DNA from: Thermofilaceae archaeon
Lineage (GTDB): Archaea > Thermoproteota > Thermoprotei > Thermofilales > Thermofilaceae
Direction of reading: 5' to 3'
NCBI GenBank assembly: GCA_038861545.1
Contig: JAWCCZ010000001.1
Coordinates: 160,001 to 224,000 of the forward strand
DNA length: 64,000 nucleotides
The notes under the pieces were generated by a model. The model was not told where the DNA came from and searched no databases. It saw nothing but the letters and a program-made list of their open reading frames with translations. Made by a program: the position numbers and the translations under genes. Each line of letters opens with the position of its first letter. The first letter of the stretch is position 1. Shown one piece after another: positions 49,053-59,433 of the stretch.

Positions 49053-50431
49053 TTATTCATTATATAAATAAACTTAGGAGAAGCATAAGCTTTGACTAAA
49101 GTTTCCCTGCCGTTTGCCTCGTCGGTCTGGCTTTCTGAATCTACTAAATCGATCCTAAAGTAAGTAGCCTCTTCGGGTATTTTAATCCTCAGTCTCTTTG
49201 TGAACTGCTCTGACTCTATTTCTTCAGCATGGATGACTTCACTCATTGAAATCAACCTTAAAACAGCTCCACGAGCTCTACGCACCTCAACTAATGTCTC
49301 GATCAATTTCTTATTTACAGATTTTACCTCGTACCAGAGGAAGGGGCCTGCTGGAGACTCTGAAATAGTTACCCTGCCGGCCTTTATGGCATCAAGTATA
49401 TTCTTGCAGCTAAGCTTATCTACATAAACCCAAGTTGTTGGACGCCCGATGTTTAACATAGGGTGTCGTTGCTTTAAAGTGTGAGTATCACTACCTCCTA
49501 CGACCCTAATTCTGTAACCTTTCGAGAGGAGTTCATCAAGCAGCTTAGAGGACATATAATTAAGTAGTGCCCAGTCTCCCTGCCATACTTCAATGAATCC
49601 GATTTTTTCGATACCGCCCAACTGCCATGAAGGTCCAAAAGGCTTAGGATGGTTTACTGAAGCTAGGTACCTTTTTTTCTTCACATAATTAATAAGTCTC
49701 TCGAGTTCTTCGTGGCTCCTAACTCTGAAATCCACCCACTCATTAATATCAAACACATTCATATGTCCATAGTAAGTCGTAACCTCCTCACCGGGCAGTA
49801 GGAGGACTCCTCGGTATATTCCACACTCGGGCACGTGGCTTATTGTATTGTGATCTGTAATAGCGACAAAATTTAACCCTTCCTCCACAGCTGCTTTAGC
49901 TATTTCTTCTAGGGTGGAGTCTCCATCGCTATGCACGGAATGCACGTGAAAATCACCCTTTAGCCAACCGTTCAAAGAAGGCATGGTGAAGTGTTTATGG
50001 CTCTGCATCCTTTTTACTTTTAATTCACAACTCTTTTTCTCTTCCAAGAACATTCTTACCCTTATTGAGTACTTACATCCTACTCGAGGTATTTTGTATA
50101 GACCTAGAACAATTTTCCAAATACCTGGTTTTATGCTACGTGGAATATAGCCAGGGGTAGCGCTAGTTCGAGAAATAATAACTGTTTTCTTATTAGATCC
50201 ACTCCAACCCTTGAAGGTTTTACCAGCTTCTAGGAAACCAATAGGTCCAGGTTCGAAAACCCCTATATCAATTATACATTCATCATTTTCTTCTACTAAT
50301 ATGTAAGAGTATTCGATCTCTATTTTCTCACATCCTTCAGGTACTTTAAACGGTATGTAAACATAATCGTCTTTACTCTTATCCTGCGGTGATAGGAATC
50401 CTTCAAAATACTGTTCATTTGTTGGATACAT
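49034..50431 (-). CDS. PHP-domain (CehA/McbA-like) metallohydrolase
   Basis: GDFHVHSVHSDG, ITDHN, NHP and GGSDTH motifs. Confidence 0.85.
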   Translation of the reverse strand: MYPTNEQYFEGFLSPQDKSKDDYVYIPFKVPEGCEKIEIEYSYILVEENDECIIDIGVFEPGPIGFLEAGKTFKGWSGSNKKTVIISRTSATPGYIPRSIKPGIWKIVLGLYKIPRVGCKYSIRVRMFLEEKKSCELKVKRMQSHKHFTMPSLNGWLKGDFHVHSVHSDGDSTLEEIAKAAVEEGLNFVAITDHNTISHVPECGIYRGVLLLPGEEVTTYYGHMNVFDINEWVDFRVRSHEELERLINYVKKKRYLASVNHPKPFGPSWQLGGIEKIGFIEVWQGDWALLNYMSSKLLDELLSKGYRIRVVGGSDTHTLKQRHPMLNIGRPTTWVYVDKLSCKNILDAIKAGRVTISESPAGPFLWYEVKSVNKKLIETLVEVRRARGAVLRLISMSEVIHAEEIESEQFTKRLRIKIPEEATYFRIDLVDSESQTDEANGRETLVKAYASPKFIYIMNNGPAGI

Positions 50432-50552
50432 AAAGCATTATTGCTTTCCAGCTATATATTCTGAATCCTTTAGGTTTAGATAAGTTATTAGAGCTAATGT
50501 TTAGCCAACATTACTACGGAAGTAATTTTAGCTGGACTAGGCAGGTTCCCCC

Positions 50553-51596
50553 GTGAAATATATTAGATTAGGCGAGAACTGTGGGCTGAGGTTTTCCCTG
50601 TTAGCATTGGGTACATGGCATTTGCCTCGATTATTGGAGAAGGATGAGGCTGGAGCCTATAAAATAGATTACGAAGGATTCAAAGGAATATTAAGAAGAG
50701 CATATGAAGAAGGACTTACTTTTATTGATACAGCCAATAGGTATCACGGTGGGATTTCCCCAGTTCCTCTAACACATGTGGGCTACGCGGAAAGGTTGTT
50801 GGGCACCGCTATCAAGGAGCTAAACTTGAACAGAGAGGAGATGGTTATTGCGACTAAGGTGGGGGTGCGAATGTCACCAGGCCCTAATGGAGAAGGTTTA
50901 AGCAGGAAACATATTATGTGGCAAATATCTGAGAGCCTGAAGCGTCTCCAAATGGACTACATTGACATCTATTATGCGCACATGTTTGATCCGGAAACGC
51001 CAAAGCTTGAGACGCTTACCACGTTTAACGACTTAGTCCGCCAGGGCCTTATCAGATACATAGGCATGAGCAATATTCCTGCGCACCAACTGGTAGAGTA
51101 TATTATGCTTTCAAGAATGAATAAGTTGGAACCCGTGACGGTGCTTCAATACCGCTACAATTTACTCGATAGAAGTGTTGAGAATGACATAATACCAGTA
51201 GCGAAACATTTCGGAGCGGGTCTTACTGCTTACTCACCTTTAGGGGAAGGATTACTGACCGGCAAGTATGTTGACTTTGGTTCAAAGAAATGGGTGTTGC
51301 CCTCTGGCTCAAGAGCAGAGTACCGTAACCTCAGTTACATGTTCACCGAATACAACTTACAGCTTTTACTTAGGTTTAAAGAGCTAGCGGAAGAGCAAGG
51401 GCTTACATTATCTCAGCTGGCAATTGCGTGGCTCCTCAACGTCGGCGAAAAAATCTGGAAGCTTCCTATAGTACCGATAATTGGTGTCACTCGGCTACAA
51501 CATTTAGAGGAAGCACTCGAAGCAACTGAGGTAAATCTATCGTATGACCTTCTAAAGGCTATAGACGAGATCACGCACAGGTTACCTTCATCTTAA
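50553..51596 (+). CDS. Aldo/keto reductase
   Basis: LGTW, IDTANRY, IATK, SLKRLQMDYIDIY and YSPL motifs. Confidence 0.92.
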   Translation: MKYIRLGENCGLRFSLLALGTWHLPRLLEKDEAGAYKIDYEGFKGILRRAYEEGLTFIDTANRYHGGISPVPLTHVGYAERLLGTAIKELNLNREEMVIATKVGVRMSPGPNGEGLSRKHIMWQISESLKRLQMDYIDIYYAHMFDPETPKLETLTTFNDLVRQGLIRYIGMSNIPAHQLVEYIMLSRMNKLEPVTVLQYRYNLLDRSVENDIIPVAKHFGAGLTAYSPLGEGLLTGKYVDFGSKKWVLPSGSRAEYRNLSYMFTEYNLQLLLRFKELAEEQGLTLSQLAIAWLLNVGEKIWKLPIVPIIGVTRLQHLEEALEATEVNLSYDLLKAIDEITHRLPSS

Positions 51597-51742
51597 ACTT
51601 ACAGCTAGTACTTGATTATGATTAAGTTGTTTCGTCGCTTAGATACTTTACTGAAACATGAATCCATGGTGATACCATGCATCTTTAAAGTAAAATCCGT
51701 ATTTCTAGCTAACTCTAGTTTGTAGATAACCGTTTTCCTAAA

Positions 51743-51862
51743 TGGCGGGCCGGCCGGGATTCGAACCCGGGACCTACGGGTAGCTTCCCCTATATTAGGG
51801 GTTAAGAGCCTCGACAGCGACTTAAACGCGACCGTCGCTCCACCAAGCTGAGCTACCGGCCC
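51743..51862 (-). tRNA. tRNA-Lys(CTT) with two introns (30/31: 51810-51831; 37/38: 51782-51802); CCA encoded
   Basis: Removing 22 and 21 nt gives a 77-nt cloverleaf with ACGGG/CCCGT stem and CTCTTAA loop. Confidence 0.88.
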
Positions 51863-51969
51863 GCTGCTCCTAGTGGATCAGGGTTTTAATAAGTTTGCCT
51901 TGTATAGACTGGCTTTGGGTTGCGAAAAGCTTAAGGCTACCGTTACTCTACCAGGTAAGAGGATAAATT

Positions 51970-52131
51970 ATGCCAAGCCATGGGTCATTAACTAAGGCTG
52001 GTAAAGTCAGGAACGCCACTCCGAAGATTCCGCCTAAACCCAAGAAGAACCTAATACCGAGGAGGAGGAATGAGAGGAATTACTTAAGGAGACTTGTATA
52101 CGCATCCCATAAATCCTCAGCTGAAGCTTAG
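51970..52131 (+). CDS. rps30e: 30S ribosomal protein S30e (absent from the ORF track)
   Basis: [20 protein letters not shown]..., 53 aa. Confidence 0.95.
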   Translation: MPSHGSLTKAGKVRNATPKIPPKPKKNLIPRRRNERNYLRRLVYASHKSSAEA

Positions 52132-52147
52132 AGAGCTAGCCTAGGGG

Positions 52148-53497
52148 ATGAGCGAACTAGAGGGTTACGGAGACTCAGCTTCAAGGTTACTTGAGGGTGT
52201 AAGTGTTTTTGATGAAATCGAAATTGAGAGAGAAGATGGAACTGTTCTAAAAGGTGTTTTACTTCCGCGTCCACGGTATGGAGATCCCGATGTTCTAATA
52301 CTTAAATTGCCGAACGGCTATAATGTGGGTGTTAGCGCCAATAGAATTAAACGGTTACGCAAGATCGGTAGGGTTGAACCTACAAAGGAGGCAGCGGTAT
52401 TCCGGTTACCTGTTAAGCAGGAATTACCTCACGTCCATTTTATTGGTACTGGAGGTACGATAGCTTCTAGAATCGACTATTTAACCGGTGCAGTATACCC
52501 ATACTTTACTGCAGAAGAAATTTATTCAATGGTTCCAGAGCTTGAAGGAATAGCACTTATATCATGTGAAACGCTTTTCAATGTATTTAGCGAAGACCTT
52601 ACTCCTCATCATTGGTCTAAAATAGCTGAGAGAGTTGCTCAAGTGTTTGAGAAGGAGCAGCCATTGGGGGTGGTTATTGCGCACGGCACCGACACTATGG
52701 GCTATACTGCAGCTGCCTTGGCTTTCGCATTGAGGAAGATCCCAGGTCCAGTTGTACTGGTTGGTGCTCAACGCTCAAGCGATAGACCATCCTCTGACGC
52801 TGCTACAAATGTACTTGCAGCAGTTCTTACGGTGATAAAAGCTCCCTTCGCAGAGTCCGTCGTGGTAATGCATGCAGGGCTTGATGATACTAGTCTATAC
52901 GTACATAGAGGAGTTAAAGTTAGAAAAATGCACACTAGTAGAAGAGATGCATTCAGGAGCGTGAATGCGATACCATTGGCTAGGGTTTCGCTTCCTGATA
53001 AAAGATTTGATATGTTGGTCAGACGCTACTTCCCTCGCTCAAACGAGATCGTTGTAGAGAATGGATTCGACGAAAAAGTAGTTCTTCTGAAATTTTACCC
53101 TGGCATGGAACCTGAAGTATTAGATTTTCTAGTGGATAAAGGTTACCACGGTATAGTTATAGAAGGTACGGGCTTAGGGCACATAGCTACACGCTTAATC
53201 TCCTCGGTGAAGAGAGCTGTCGAAGAAGGAGTTGCAATAGCTATAGCTTCGCAATGTTTATGGGGGCGTGTTAACATAAATGTTTACAGGACAGGTGTAG
53301 AGTTGCTAAAAGCAGGCGCAATGCCAGCGGAGGACATGCTCCCCGAAACAGCTTACGCCAAGCTTTCATGGATATTGGCTAGAACTAGGGATTTAGGTGA
53401 AATAAAAAAGATTTTTTCGACAAACTTAGCGTTTGAGATGGAAGAGCGAAGTGAAAACCGTTTCTATCCTCCGCAAAGCTACATTAAAGGGGGCTGA
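52148..53497 (+). CDS. gatD: Glu-tRNA(Gln) amidotransferase subunit D
   Basis: KLPNGYNVG, TGGTIAS, HGTDT and QRSSDRPSSD motifs. Confidence 0.95.
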   Translation: MSELEGYGDSASRLLEGVSVFDEIEIEREDGTVLKGVLLPRPRYGDPDVLILKLPNGYNVGVSANRIKRLRKIGRVEPTKEAAVFRLPVKQELPHVHFIGTGGTIASRIDYLTGAVYPYFTAEEIYSMVPELEGIALISCETLFNVFSEDLTPHHWSKIAERVAQVFEKEQPLGVVIAHGTDTMGYTAAALAFALRKIPGPVVLVGAQRSSDRPSSDAATNVLAAVLTVIKAPFAESVVVMHAGLDDTSLYVHRGVKVRKMHTSRRDAFRSVNAIPLARVSLPDKRFDMLVRRYFPRSNEIVVENGFDEKVVLLKFYPGMEPEVLDFLVDKGYHGIVIEGTGLGHIATRLISSVKRAVEEGVAIAIASQCLWGRVNINVYRTGVELLKAGAMPAEDMLPETAYAKLSWILARTRDLGEIKKIFSTNLAFEMEERSENRFYPPQSYIKGG

Positions 53498-53538
53498 GAA
53501 AGTGTTCGTTTTATAGGGGTGTACTGTTTACTTTTGCG

Positions 53539-55440
53539 ATGCCGAAGGTCAAAGTTGGGTTAGAGATTCACCAGATGCTCGATACTAAAGAGAAACTCTT
53601 CTGTGCTTGTCCCACTGTTCTCAGACACGATGAACCTAGTATAAAGTTCAGAAGGTGGTTAAGGCTGGCTAGAAGCGAGCTCGGCGAGCTGGATCCAGCC
53701 GCTTTATTTGAGTACCAGAAGGGCAAATCGTATTTATATGAACAGTACGAAGATAGTGTTTGCCTAGTTGAAATGGACGAGGAACCCCCTCACCAGCTGA
53801 ATTCTGAGGCACTAGAAATTGCGTTATCTGTCTGTTTAATGCTCAACTGTAAAGTTGTAGACGAAGTTCAAGTTATGAGGAAAATCGTAATTGACGGGTC
53901 CAATACTACAGGTTTTCAACGCACAGCTCTAATAGGTATCGACGGTTATGTTGAAACTGAGGGGAAACGGATACCGATAAATACTGTATGTCTTGAGGAG
54001 GACGCTGCAAGGAAGATCGATGAAAATGCAAAAGAGGTCATATATAGGCTTGATAGATTAGGCATACCCTTAATTGAAATATCGACTGGACCTGTTATTG
54101 GAAGTCCTGAGGAAGCTGGTCTTGTAGCCCTTAGGATTGGACAACTTCTTCGCATGACTGGCAAAGTTAAACGTGGATTAGGAACTATCAGGCAGGATCT
54201 CAATATATCAGTGGAAGGGGGTGCAAGGGTTGAGATTAAAGGTGTCCAAGAACTGGACTTAATACCGAAGATAGTGGAGCTTGAAGCAAAGAGGCAGGTC
54301 TCTTTATTAGAGATACGGGATGAGTTGCGGAACAGAGGTGTAACAGATAATATGATTAAGACTAATGCTGTTGATCTCACGGAAGTGTTTAAAGGGACTA
54401 ATAGTCGCGTGGCTAGTAGGGCACTTGAAAGCGGCGGCTTAGCACTAGCAGTAAAGTTACCTGGTTTTGCCGGTCTCTTGGGTCGTGAAATCCAACCTGG
54501 AAGACGTCTCGGAACGGAGATGGCTGAACGCGCCCGATACTGGGCTGAAGTAGGCGGTATATTTCACAGTGACGAACTTCCCGCCTATGGTATAACATTA
54601 AGCGAAGTGGAGAATATATGTAAACTGCTAAACTGTGATAAAATGGACGCATTTGTCCTAGTTTTTGAAAGAGAAGAGAAGGCTGTCGCAGCTCTTGAGG
54701 CGGTAGTGGAAAGGGCTAGAGAGGCTCTAAAAGGTGTTCCTGAGGAAACAAGAGCTGCAAACCCGGATGGAACAACGAAGTTTACGAGGCCTATGCCGGG
54801 GAAGGCACGAATGTACCCTGAAACAGATATTAGGCCTATCAGTATAACACCGGAGCTATTAGAGAAAGTTCGAAGAGCTCTTCCAGAACTTCCAGAGGTG
54901 AAATACGAGAAATTCGTAAAAATATATGGTTTAAACCCTTCACTGGCTAAAAGAATGATTTCCTCTTACTGGCTCGATTTGTTTGAGAAAGTGGTTGAGG
55001 AGTTAAGAGCCCCACCCACGGTTGTAGCCACTACCTTGGAGGGGACACTAATTGAACTGCGCAGGGATGGAGTGCCGGTTCAGAACTTAAACGATGAACA
55101 CTTTTTTGATGTTTTTAAGTTTCTATCTAAAGGGTTGCTAGTTAAAGAAGCCATACCTATGGTCCTAAAACATTTAGCTGAGAACCCCTCTTCAAGTGTA
55201 GAACACGCGCTAAGAGAATTAGGTTTGACACCAATGAGCGAGGAAGAGGCTAGGGAAACGATTAGAAAGATGCTAAACAGTATGTCGAAAGTAATTAAGG
55301 AGAGAGGAGCTAACGCTTTCGGTCAAGTGATGGGAGTGGCGATGAAGGAACTTCGAGGTCGTGTGGATGGTGAACTAGTCAGCAAGCTTGTCAAGGAAGA
55401 GCTCGAGAAGTTCTTGGAGAAGAGAGTTTCGTCTTCTTGA
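53539..55440 (+). CDS. gatE: Glu-tRNA(Gln) amidotransferase subunit E
   Basis: GLEIHQ, DGSNTTGFQRT, RGLGTIRQD and RMYPETD motifs. Confidence 0.96.
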   Translation: MPKVKVGLEIHQMLDTKEKLFCACPTVLRHDEPSIKFRRWLRLARSELGELDPAALFEYQKGKSYLYEQYEDSVCLVEMDEEPPHQLNSEALEIALSVCLMLNCKVVDEVQVMRKIVIDGSNTTGFQRTALIGIDGYVETEGKRIPINTVCLEEDAARKIDENAKEVIYRLDRLGIPLIEISTGPVIGSPEEAGLVALRIGQLLRMTGKVKRGLGTIRQDLNISVEGGARVEIKGVQELDLIPKIVELEAKRQVSLLEIRDELRNRGVTDNMIKTNAVDLTEVFKGTNSRVASRALESGGLALAVKLPGFAGLLGREIQPGRRLGTEMAERARYWAEVGGIFHSDELPAYGITLSEVENICKLLNCDKMDAFVLVFEREEKAVAALEAVVERAREALKGVPEETRAANPDGTTKFTRPMPGKARMYPETDIRPISITPELLEKVRRALPELPEVKYEKFVKIYGLNPSLAKRMISSYWLDLFEKVVEELRAPPTVVATTLEGTLIELRRDGVPVQNLNDEHFFDVFKFLSKGLLVKEAIPMVLKHLAENPSSSVEHALRELGLTPMSEEEARETIRKMLNSMSKVIKERGANAFGQVMGVAMKELRGRVDGELVSKLVKEELEKFLEKRVSSS

Positions 55441-55699
55441 GTTGTTCTGCCACTTTCCTAATAACAGTAGTTTTTGGCTCATCTGCAGCTACAAAAATTC
55501 TTCCGCTGCTTTCAAACCAGGTAGCTGGATGCTTTGCTTCACTATCCAGTTCTGCCTCATAACCCACAGCTTTGGCAGCTTTTAATACATCCTCCGCCGA
55601 AACTGGTGTTACAGCTAGGTGAGTAGGTACTCTACGTCCTTGCCCTCTACTTTTATTTGCATCAAAATATATAGGCCACAGTATCAACTTTTTGGCCAC
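55391..55699 (-). CDS. srp19: Signal recognition particle protein Srp19
   Basis: LWPIYFD...SR.QGRRVP motif. Confidence 0.92.
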   Translation of the reverse strand: MAKKLILWPIYFDANKSRGQGRRVPTHLAVTPVSAEDVLKAAKAVGYEAELDSEAKHPATWFESSGRIFVAADEPKTTVIRKVAEQLKKTKLSSPRTSRALP

Positions 55700-55746
55700 A
55701 GGCTACCGGTCGGTGAAGTTTAAAAAGGTGTGGAAGAGAGGTCGCC

Positions 55747-56136
55747 GTGGGTGTCTATCAAGGTAATGATCTCAGAAAAATAACCGGAGGTTTAAAAAGA
55801 CGGCATTCTAAGGTGAAGAGAAAGTACTGGATGGGTAGACCACCAACGGAAACCTTGCTGGGTAAGGAGAAAATTGCCATAATTAGAGTAATGGGGGGGA
55901 ATGATAAAGTTAGAGTAAGATTCGCTGAGTATGCTAACGTAATTGATCCTCAATCGAAACAAACGAGAAAGGTTAAGATAACGCGTGTTGTGTCAAATCC
56001 ATCTAGCCGGGATTACGATCGCAGAGGAGTTATTACTAGAGGGGCTTTAATCGAAACAGAGTTAGGTCTCGCAAGAGTCACATCTAGACCCGGTCAGGAT
56101 GGTACGGTAAACGCTGTTCTAGTGAAATCTAAATAA
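55747..56136 (+). CDS. rps8e: 30S ribosomal protein S8e
   Basis: RVMGGN.K and TSRPGQDG.VNAVL motifs. Confidence 0.96.
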   Translation: MGVYQGNDLRKITGGLKRRHSKVKRKYWMGRPPTETLLGKEKIAIIRVMGGNDKVRVRFAEYANVIDPQSKQTRKVKITRVVSNPSSRDYDRRGVITRGALIETELGLARVTSRPGQDGTVNAVLVKSK

Positions 56137-56155
56137 ACCTCTACTTTCAAGGCAT

Positions 56156-56890
56156 ATGCTTTCAAGAGTAAAAGTTAAGCTCGAAAGCTCGGTTTTCAAA
56201 GACAAGGTGCTAGTAGCCGGATTTCATGGAATAGGCTATGTTGGTTACTTAACGGTTAAACACCTGGTTAAAGTTTTAAATGGAAGGCTTGTAGGTCATA
56301 TTCTCACCGTGTGGATGCCTCAGTTTGTAGCATCTACGCCGGATGGGATCTCTACTCCTTATGAAATCTATGACTTGGGAGAGTCGATTCTCTTTGTTCC
56401 GAATGTGCCAATGTCCCGTTATGATGTGAACCTTGTCCCCTTAGCATTAGCGGAGGCTAGTATATCGGGCGGGGCTAGGCTCGCTTTATTAATTGGTGGG
56501 CTTGATAATAGATTTAGGAAAGATGAGGGGGATTTTAGGTATGCAGCAACTCATGCTTTCCTAGCAGCTCACGGAGAGTTCATAAGGGACGCTAAAAGAC
56601 TTGAAGAGGGATTATATATAGTAGGTCCTTTAGCTACAATGCTGGCCTATTACTCTGCGTATGATTTTCCAGCCGTAGCCATCTTACCCTATGCGGATCC
56701 CAGCGGTGTAGACCCGCTTGCAGCTAAGGTAGCCGTAGATTTCATCTCGAGAATGCTGGGCGTCAAGGTGGATACTTCTGAGCTTGTACAGTTAGCAGAA
56801 GAGAAGGTAAAGCTGGAAAAAGAACTGGAGGAGATAAGGAAAAAGGCCACGAGAGGTGAAGAAGGAGCAGTTCCCACGTTCTACGTGTGA
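56156..56890 (+). CDS. PAC2 family proteasome assembly chaperone
   Basis: AGFHGIGYVG and DPLAA motifs; C-terminal FYV (HbYX-like). Confidence 0.85.
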   Translation: MLSRVKVKLESSVFKDKVLVAGFHGIGYVGYLTVKHLVKVLNGRLVGHILTVWMPQFVASTPDGISTPYEIYDLGESILFVPNVPMSRYDVNLVPLALAEASISGGARLALLIGGLDNRFRKDEGDFRYAATHAFLAAHGEFIRDAKRLEEGLYIVGPLATMLAYYSAYDFPAVAILPYADPSGVDPLAAKVAVDFISRMLGVKVDTSELVQLAEEKVKLEKELEEIRKKATRGEEGAVPTFYV

Positions 56891-58494
56891 AGCTTAAAGA
56901 CCATTTTCACAAAGGAAATAACATCGCTAACGCTTTTAAATGACCTAGTATAAGCCGGTAGCCCCTGTTTTCTGAGTCGCTCAGCAATTTTCTTTGCCGC
57001 ATGTTCCTGCTCTTCATCGTACACGATAATAGCTACTTTATGACAACCTAAGCCCGTTAAATACCAAGCTACATCGGCGGCAATTGTCTGAGCATTCATA
57101 GTTTTCTTTAAATCGATCGCTGATTCGTGCTGTGAAAGTGGGTATACAGAGTCTAACTCTATGGGAATGGGTCCGAAAGCACCGGTTACTACAACAATAT
57201 GCACTTTATTGCTTAGCTCTACATCGCTAGTAACTTGTTTTTTAAGATCAGCTATCCATCCAAATCTGGAAAACGGCTTAATCTCAGTTTCAAGTGCCAA
57301 GATTACCGCATTAGCTGCAGGAGGCGTATATCGGCTTCTCAGCCTTGAAAGGTGCCGGTAAACCTCTGGTCTTGCTCTGCTAATTTCTTCATAAAAGAAT
57401 AATCCACTAACTAAGCCTTTTGTAACTTTATGGAATTTCTCAACATAAAAGGTGTATTTTCTAAACTCATTAAGTGCTTTGGCTAGGCTTGGGTGGCTAC
57501 GAGCTCTTAGCTCAATTAGTTCCCACAACCTGCCCTCATGTATAGCATTTTTAATTCTTCTAAGCTCTCCTCTCAGTACATTTAGGTTATGGACAGCTAT
57601 CATGTAAACGCGTTCTTGGTAAGGCATTTCAGTGAATTCTTTCACCGTTAGTTTAGAGCAGATAGAGCACTCACAAGGAAGATCCCCCATTTCTTCTAAC
57701 ATGTAAACACCGTGAGGGGTCATGTAACGTCCTCTTCTGGCATACAAAGCATAGGAGGCTGAATCGAAGAGGTCAGCTCCCATGGCAACGGCTAGTGCTA
57801 ACATGTGAGGGTTGCCAGCGCCGAATAAGTGAACTGGCTTACCTGGAGGAAGGTAAAGTTTAGCTGTCATGAAGAGGCGGACTAGTTCACTGTAGCTATA
57901 ATTCATCATCAATTGAACAGGTCCACCAACTGCATATAGATCAAAATCTAAGGTAGCCATCTCTGTAGCCGATCTGAAAACAAGATCCAGGTAGGTACCC
58001 CCTTGGATAGGGCCAACGAGTAACATACCTTTCCTATCAATAGCCAATGCTTCTCGAGCTCTTCTGAGAGTCTCCTCAACTTCTCTGGCCACAGTTTCAC
58101 GAGACGAGCCGTACCTGGTCGGAATGTCCAGTATCACACCAATATCGCTGCCTAAGTTAACCTGGTACTCAACAATTTCAAGTGGTGCAACCTCGACTTC
58201 ACCGTACTCCATAAGCTGGTAAGCCCCAGAATCCGTCATTATTGGACATTTAATACCCAAGATCCCATGCACACCCAGTTCCAAGCCGACGCCCCCGTAA
58301 CGCTTTTTGATTAAATAAGCATTAGTCATTACTAGGTTGAAACCCAAATTAACGATTTCGCTAGGAGGAACTAAATTTTTCCCGGGGTCGATAACCGGGG
58401 CTAAGGTTGGTGTTTCAACACTCTCTCTTCGTGTTCTGAGCTGGCCAATCCTACCCAATAGATCCTCTTCTTTTATTTCGAAGTAATCACTCAT
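56881..58494 (-). CDS. tgtA: tRNA-guanine(15) transglycosylase (start reassigned to MSDYF)
   Basis: MTDSGAYQ, HLFGAG, DLFDSASY and CECSIC motifs. Confidence 0.93.
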   Translation of the reverse strand: MSDYFEIKEEDLLGRIGQLRTRRESVETPTLAPVIDPGKNLVPPSEIVNLGFNLVMTNAYLIKKRYGGVGLELGVHGILGIKCPIMTDSGAYQLMEYGEVEVAPLEIVEYQVNLGSDIGVILDIPTRYGSSRETVAREVEETLRRAREALAIDRKGMLLVGPIQGGTYLDLVFRSATEMATLDFDLYAVGGPVQLMMNYSYSELVRLFMTAKLYLPPGKPVHLFGAGNPHMLALAVAMGADLFDSASYALYARRGRYMTPHGVYMLEEMGDLPCECSICSKLTVKEFTEMPYQERVYMIAVHNLNVLRGELRRIKNAIHEGRLWELIELRARSHPSLAKALNEFRKYTFYVEKFHKVTKGLVSGLFFYEEISRARPEVYRHLSRLRSRYTPPAANAVILALETEIKPFSRFGWIADLKKQVTSDVELSNKVHIVVVTGAFGPIPIELDSVYPLSQHESAIDLKKTMNAQTIAADVAWYLTGLGCHKVAIIVYDEEQEHAAKKIAERLRKQGLPAYTRSFKSVSDVISFVKMVFKLHT

Positions 58495-58937
58495 GCTGGT
58501 AGTTTCTGTTTTTCTTTCCACTCTTCTACGAATTTATCGAATATACTCCTTACTCTCTCGGCAATGGGTCCAGTTCCCTCAACACCTCTTTCGGTGACTC
58601 TGATTCTCTCCAGTACGGTTATTACCCTCGCCTCTGGTATGTACTTTATCATCTTAGGAAACACCTCCTCAAGCCTCCTTGCAAGTTCTTCCATATCTAG
58701 AGGGGCTTCAGTTAACCGGACATCGACTATTACATGGCCGTAAACTATTAACCTTGGGTAGGTTTCACCTTTCGATGTTCTAGCGTCTCTTAAGATGATA
58801 TTATATCTGGAGGTTTCGTAGCCAAGTAAAATACCTTCATAGCTGTCACCGTTAACGGTTCTTACAACTACATGCTTGTCGACTAAGGAGCTGAACTCGG
58901 CGTTAAACCTTCTTAAAGCCGTATCAACAACTGCCAT
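58491..58937 (-). CDS. Sm-like archaeal protein, SmAP3 type
   Basis: N-terminal Sm fold (YEGILLG...NIIL.DA) plus C-terminal extension. Confidence 0.88.
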   Translation of the reverse strand: MAVVDTALRRFNAEFSSLVDKHVVVRTVNGDSYEGILLGYETSRYNIILRDARTSKGETYPRLIVYGHVIVDVRLTEAPLDMEELARRLEEVFPKMIKYIPEARVITVLERIRVTERGVEGTGPIAERVRSIFDKFVEEWKEKQKLPA

Positions 58938-59068
58938 CGCAAAAGGGAGGATGAAGAGTGGTTATAAGCATATGCCTGGAATACTTGTGTACCGATAAGT
59001 TGGACGCACGCCAATACTGAATACTTATGTTGCGGAATAGTTTTAAGCCAGTATTTGTGCTCCTCCCT

Positions 59069-59401
59069 GTGGAGCTTATATTAACTGCTATTGAAAGTTA
59101 CGACTACGCTAATGTTAAAGCACTAAGCTTTCAAGGTGAAGGTTTAGAAATAAGGCTTGAACTACCTCAAAAAATTATCGAAGAAGTGAACTGGAATCCC
59201 TCGCTGGGCGACAGAGTTGTAGTAGAGTTATCCGAAAAAATAAGTGACCTTAAGGAATGGGATATCGTTCTCTCAGGCACTCTTCTCAGAATGGAAGCTG
59301 ATTTTGCAGTATACAGCTTTGGGGGCCTACTTTGCTCAATCAGGGGCTCTTCAGTAGGAGCTCCTAAGAAAGCCCACTTTGCCCTACGCGTGAAGCGGTA
59401 G
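59069..59401 (+). CDS. rpoG: RNA polymerase subunit Rpo8/RpoG (start reassigned to GTG)
   Basis: SFGGLL Rpb8-type motif; adjacent to Lsm and tgtA. Confidence 0.7.
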   Translation: MELILTAIESYDYANVKALSFQGEGLEIRLELPQKIIEEVNWNPSLGDRVVVELSEKISDLKEWDIVLSGTLLRMEADFAVYSFGGLLCSIRGSSVGAPKKAHFALRVKR

Positions 59402-59433
59402 CGTTTTTTAGCCCCGAATACTAGGTTCAATTA

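Noticed and set aside
55391-55440. 50-bp convergent overlap of gatE and srp19
   Set aside because: Convergent tail overlaps are common in compact archaeal genomes
58950-59020. ATGAAGA ... CTGA, possible C/D sRNA
   Set aside because: No internal C'/D' boxes or terminal stem; lies in a divergent promoter region
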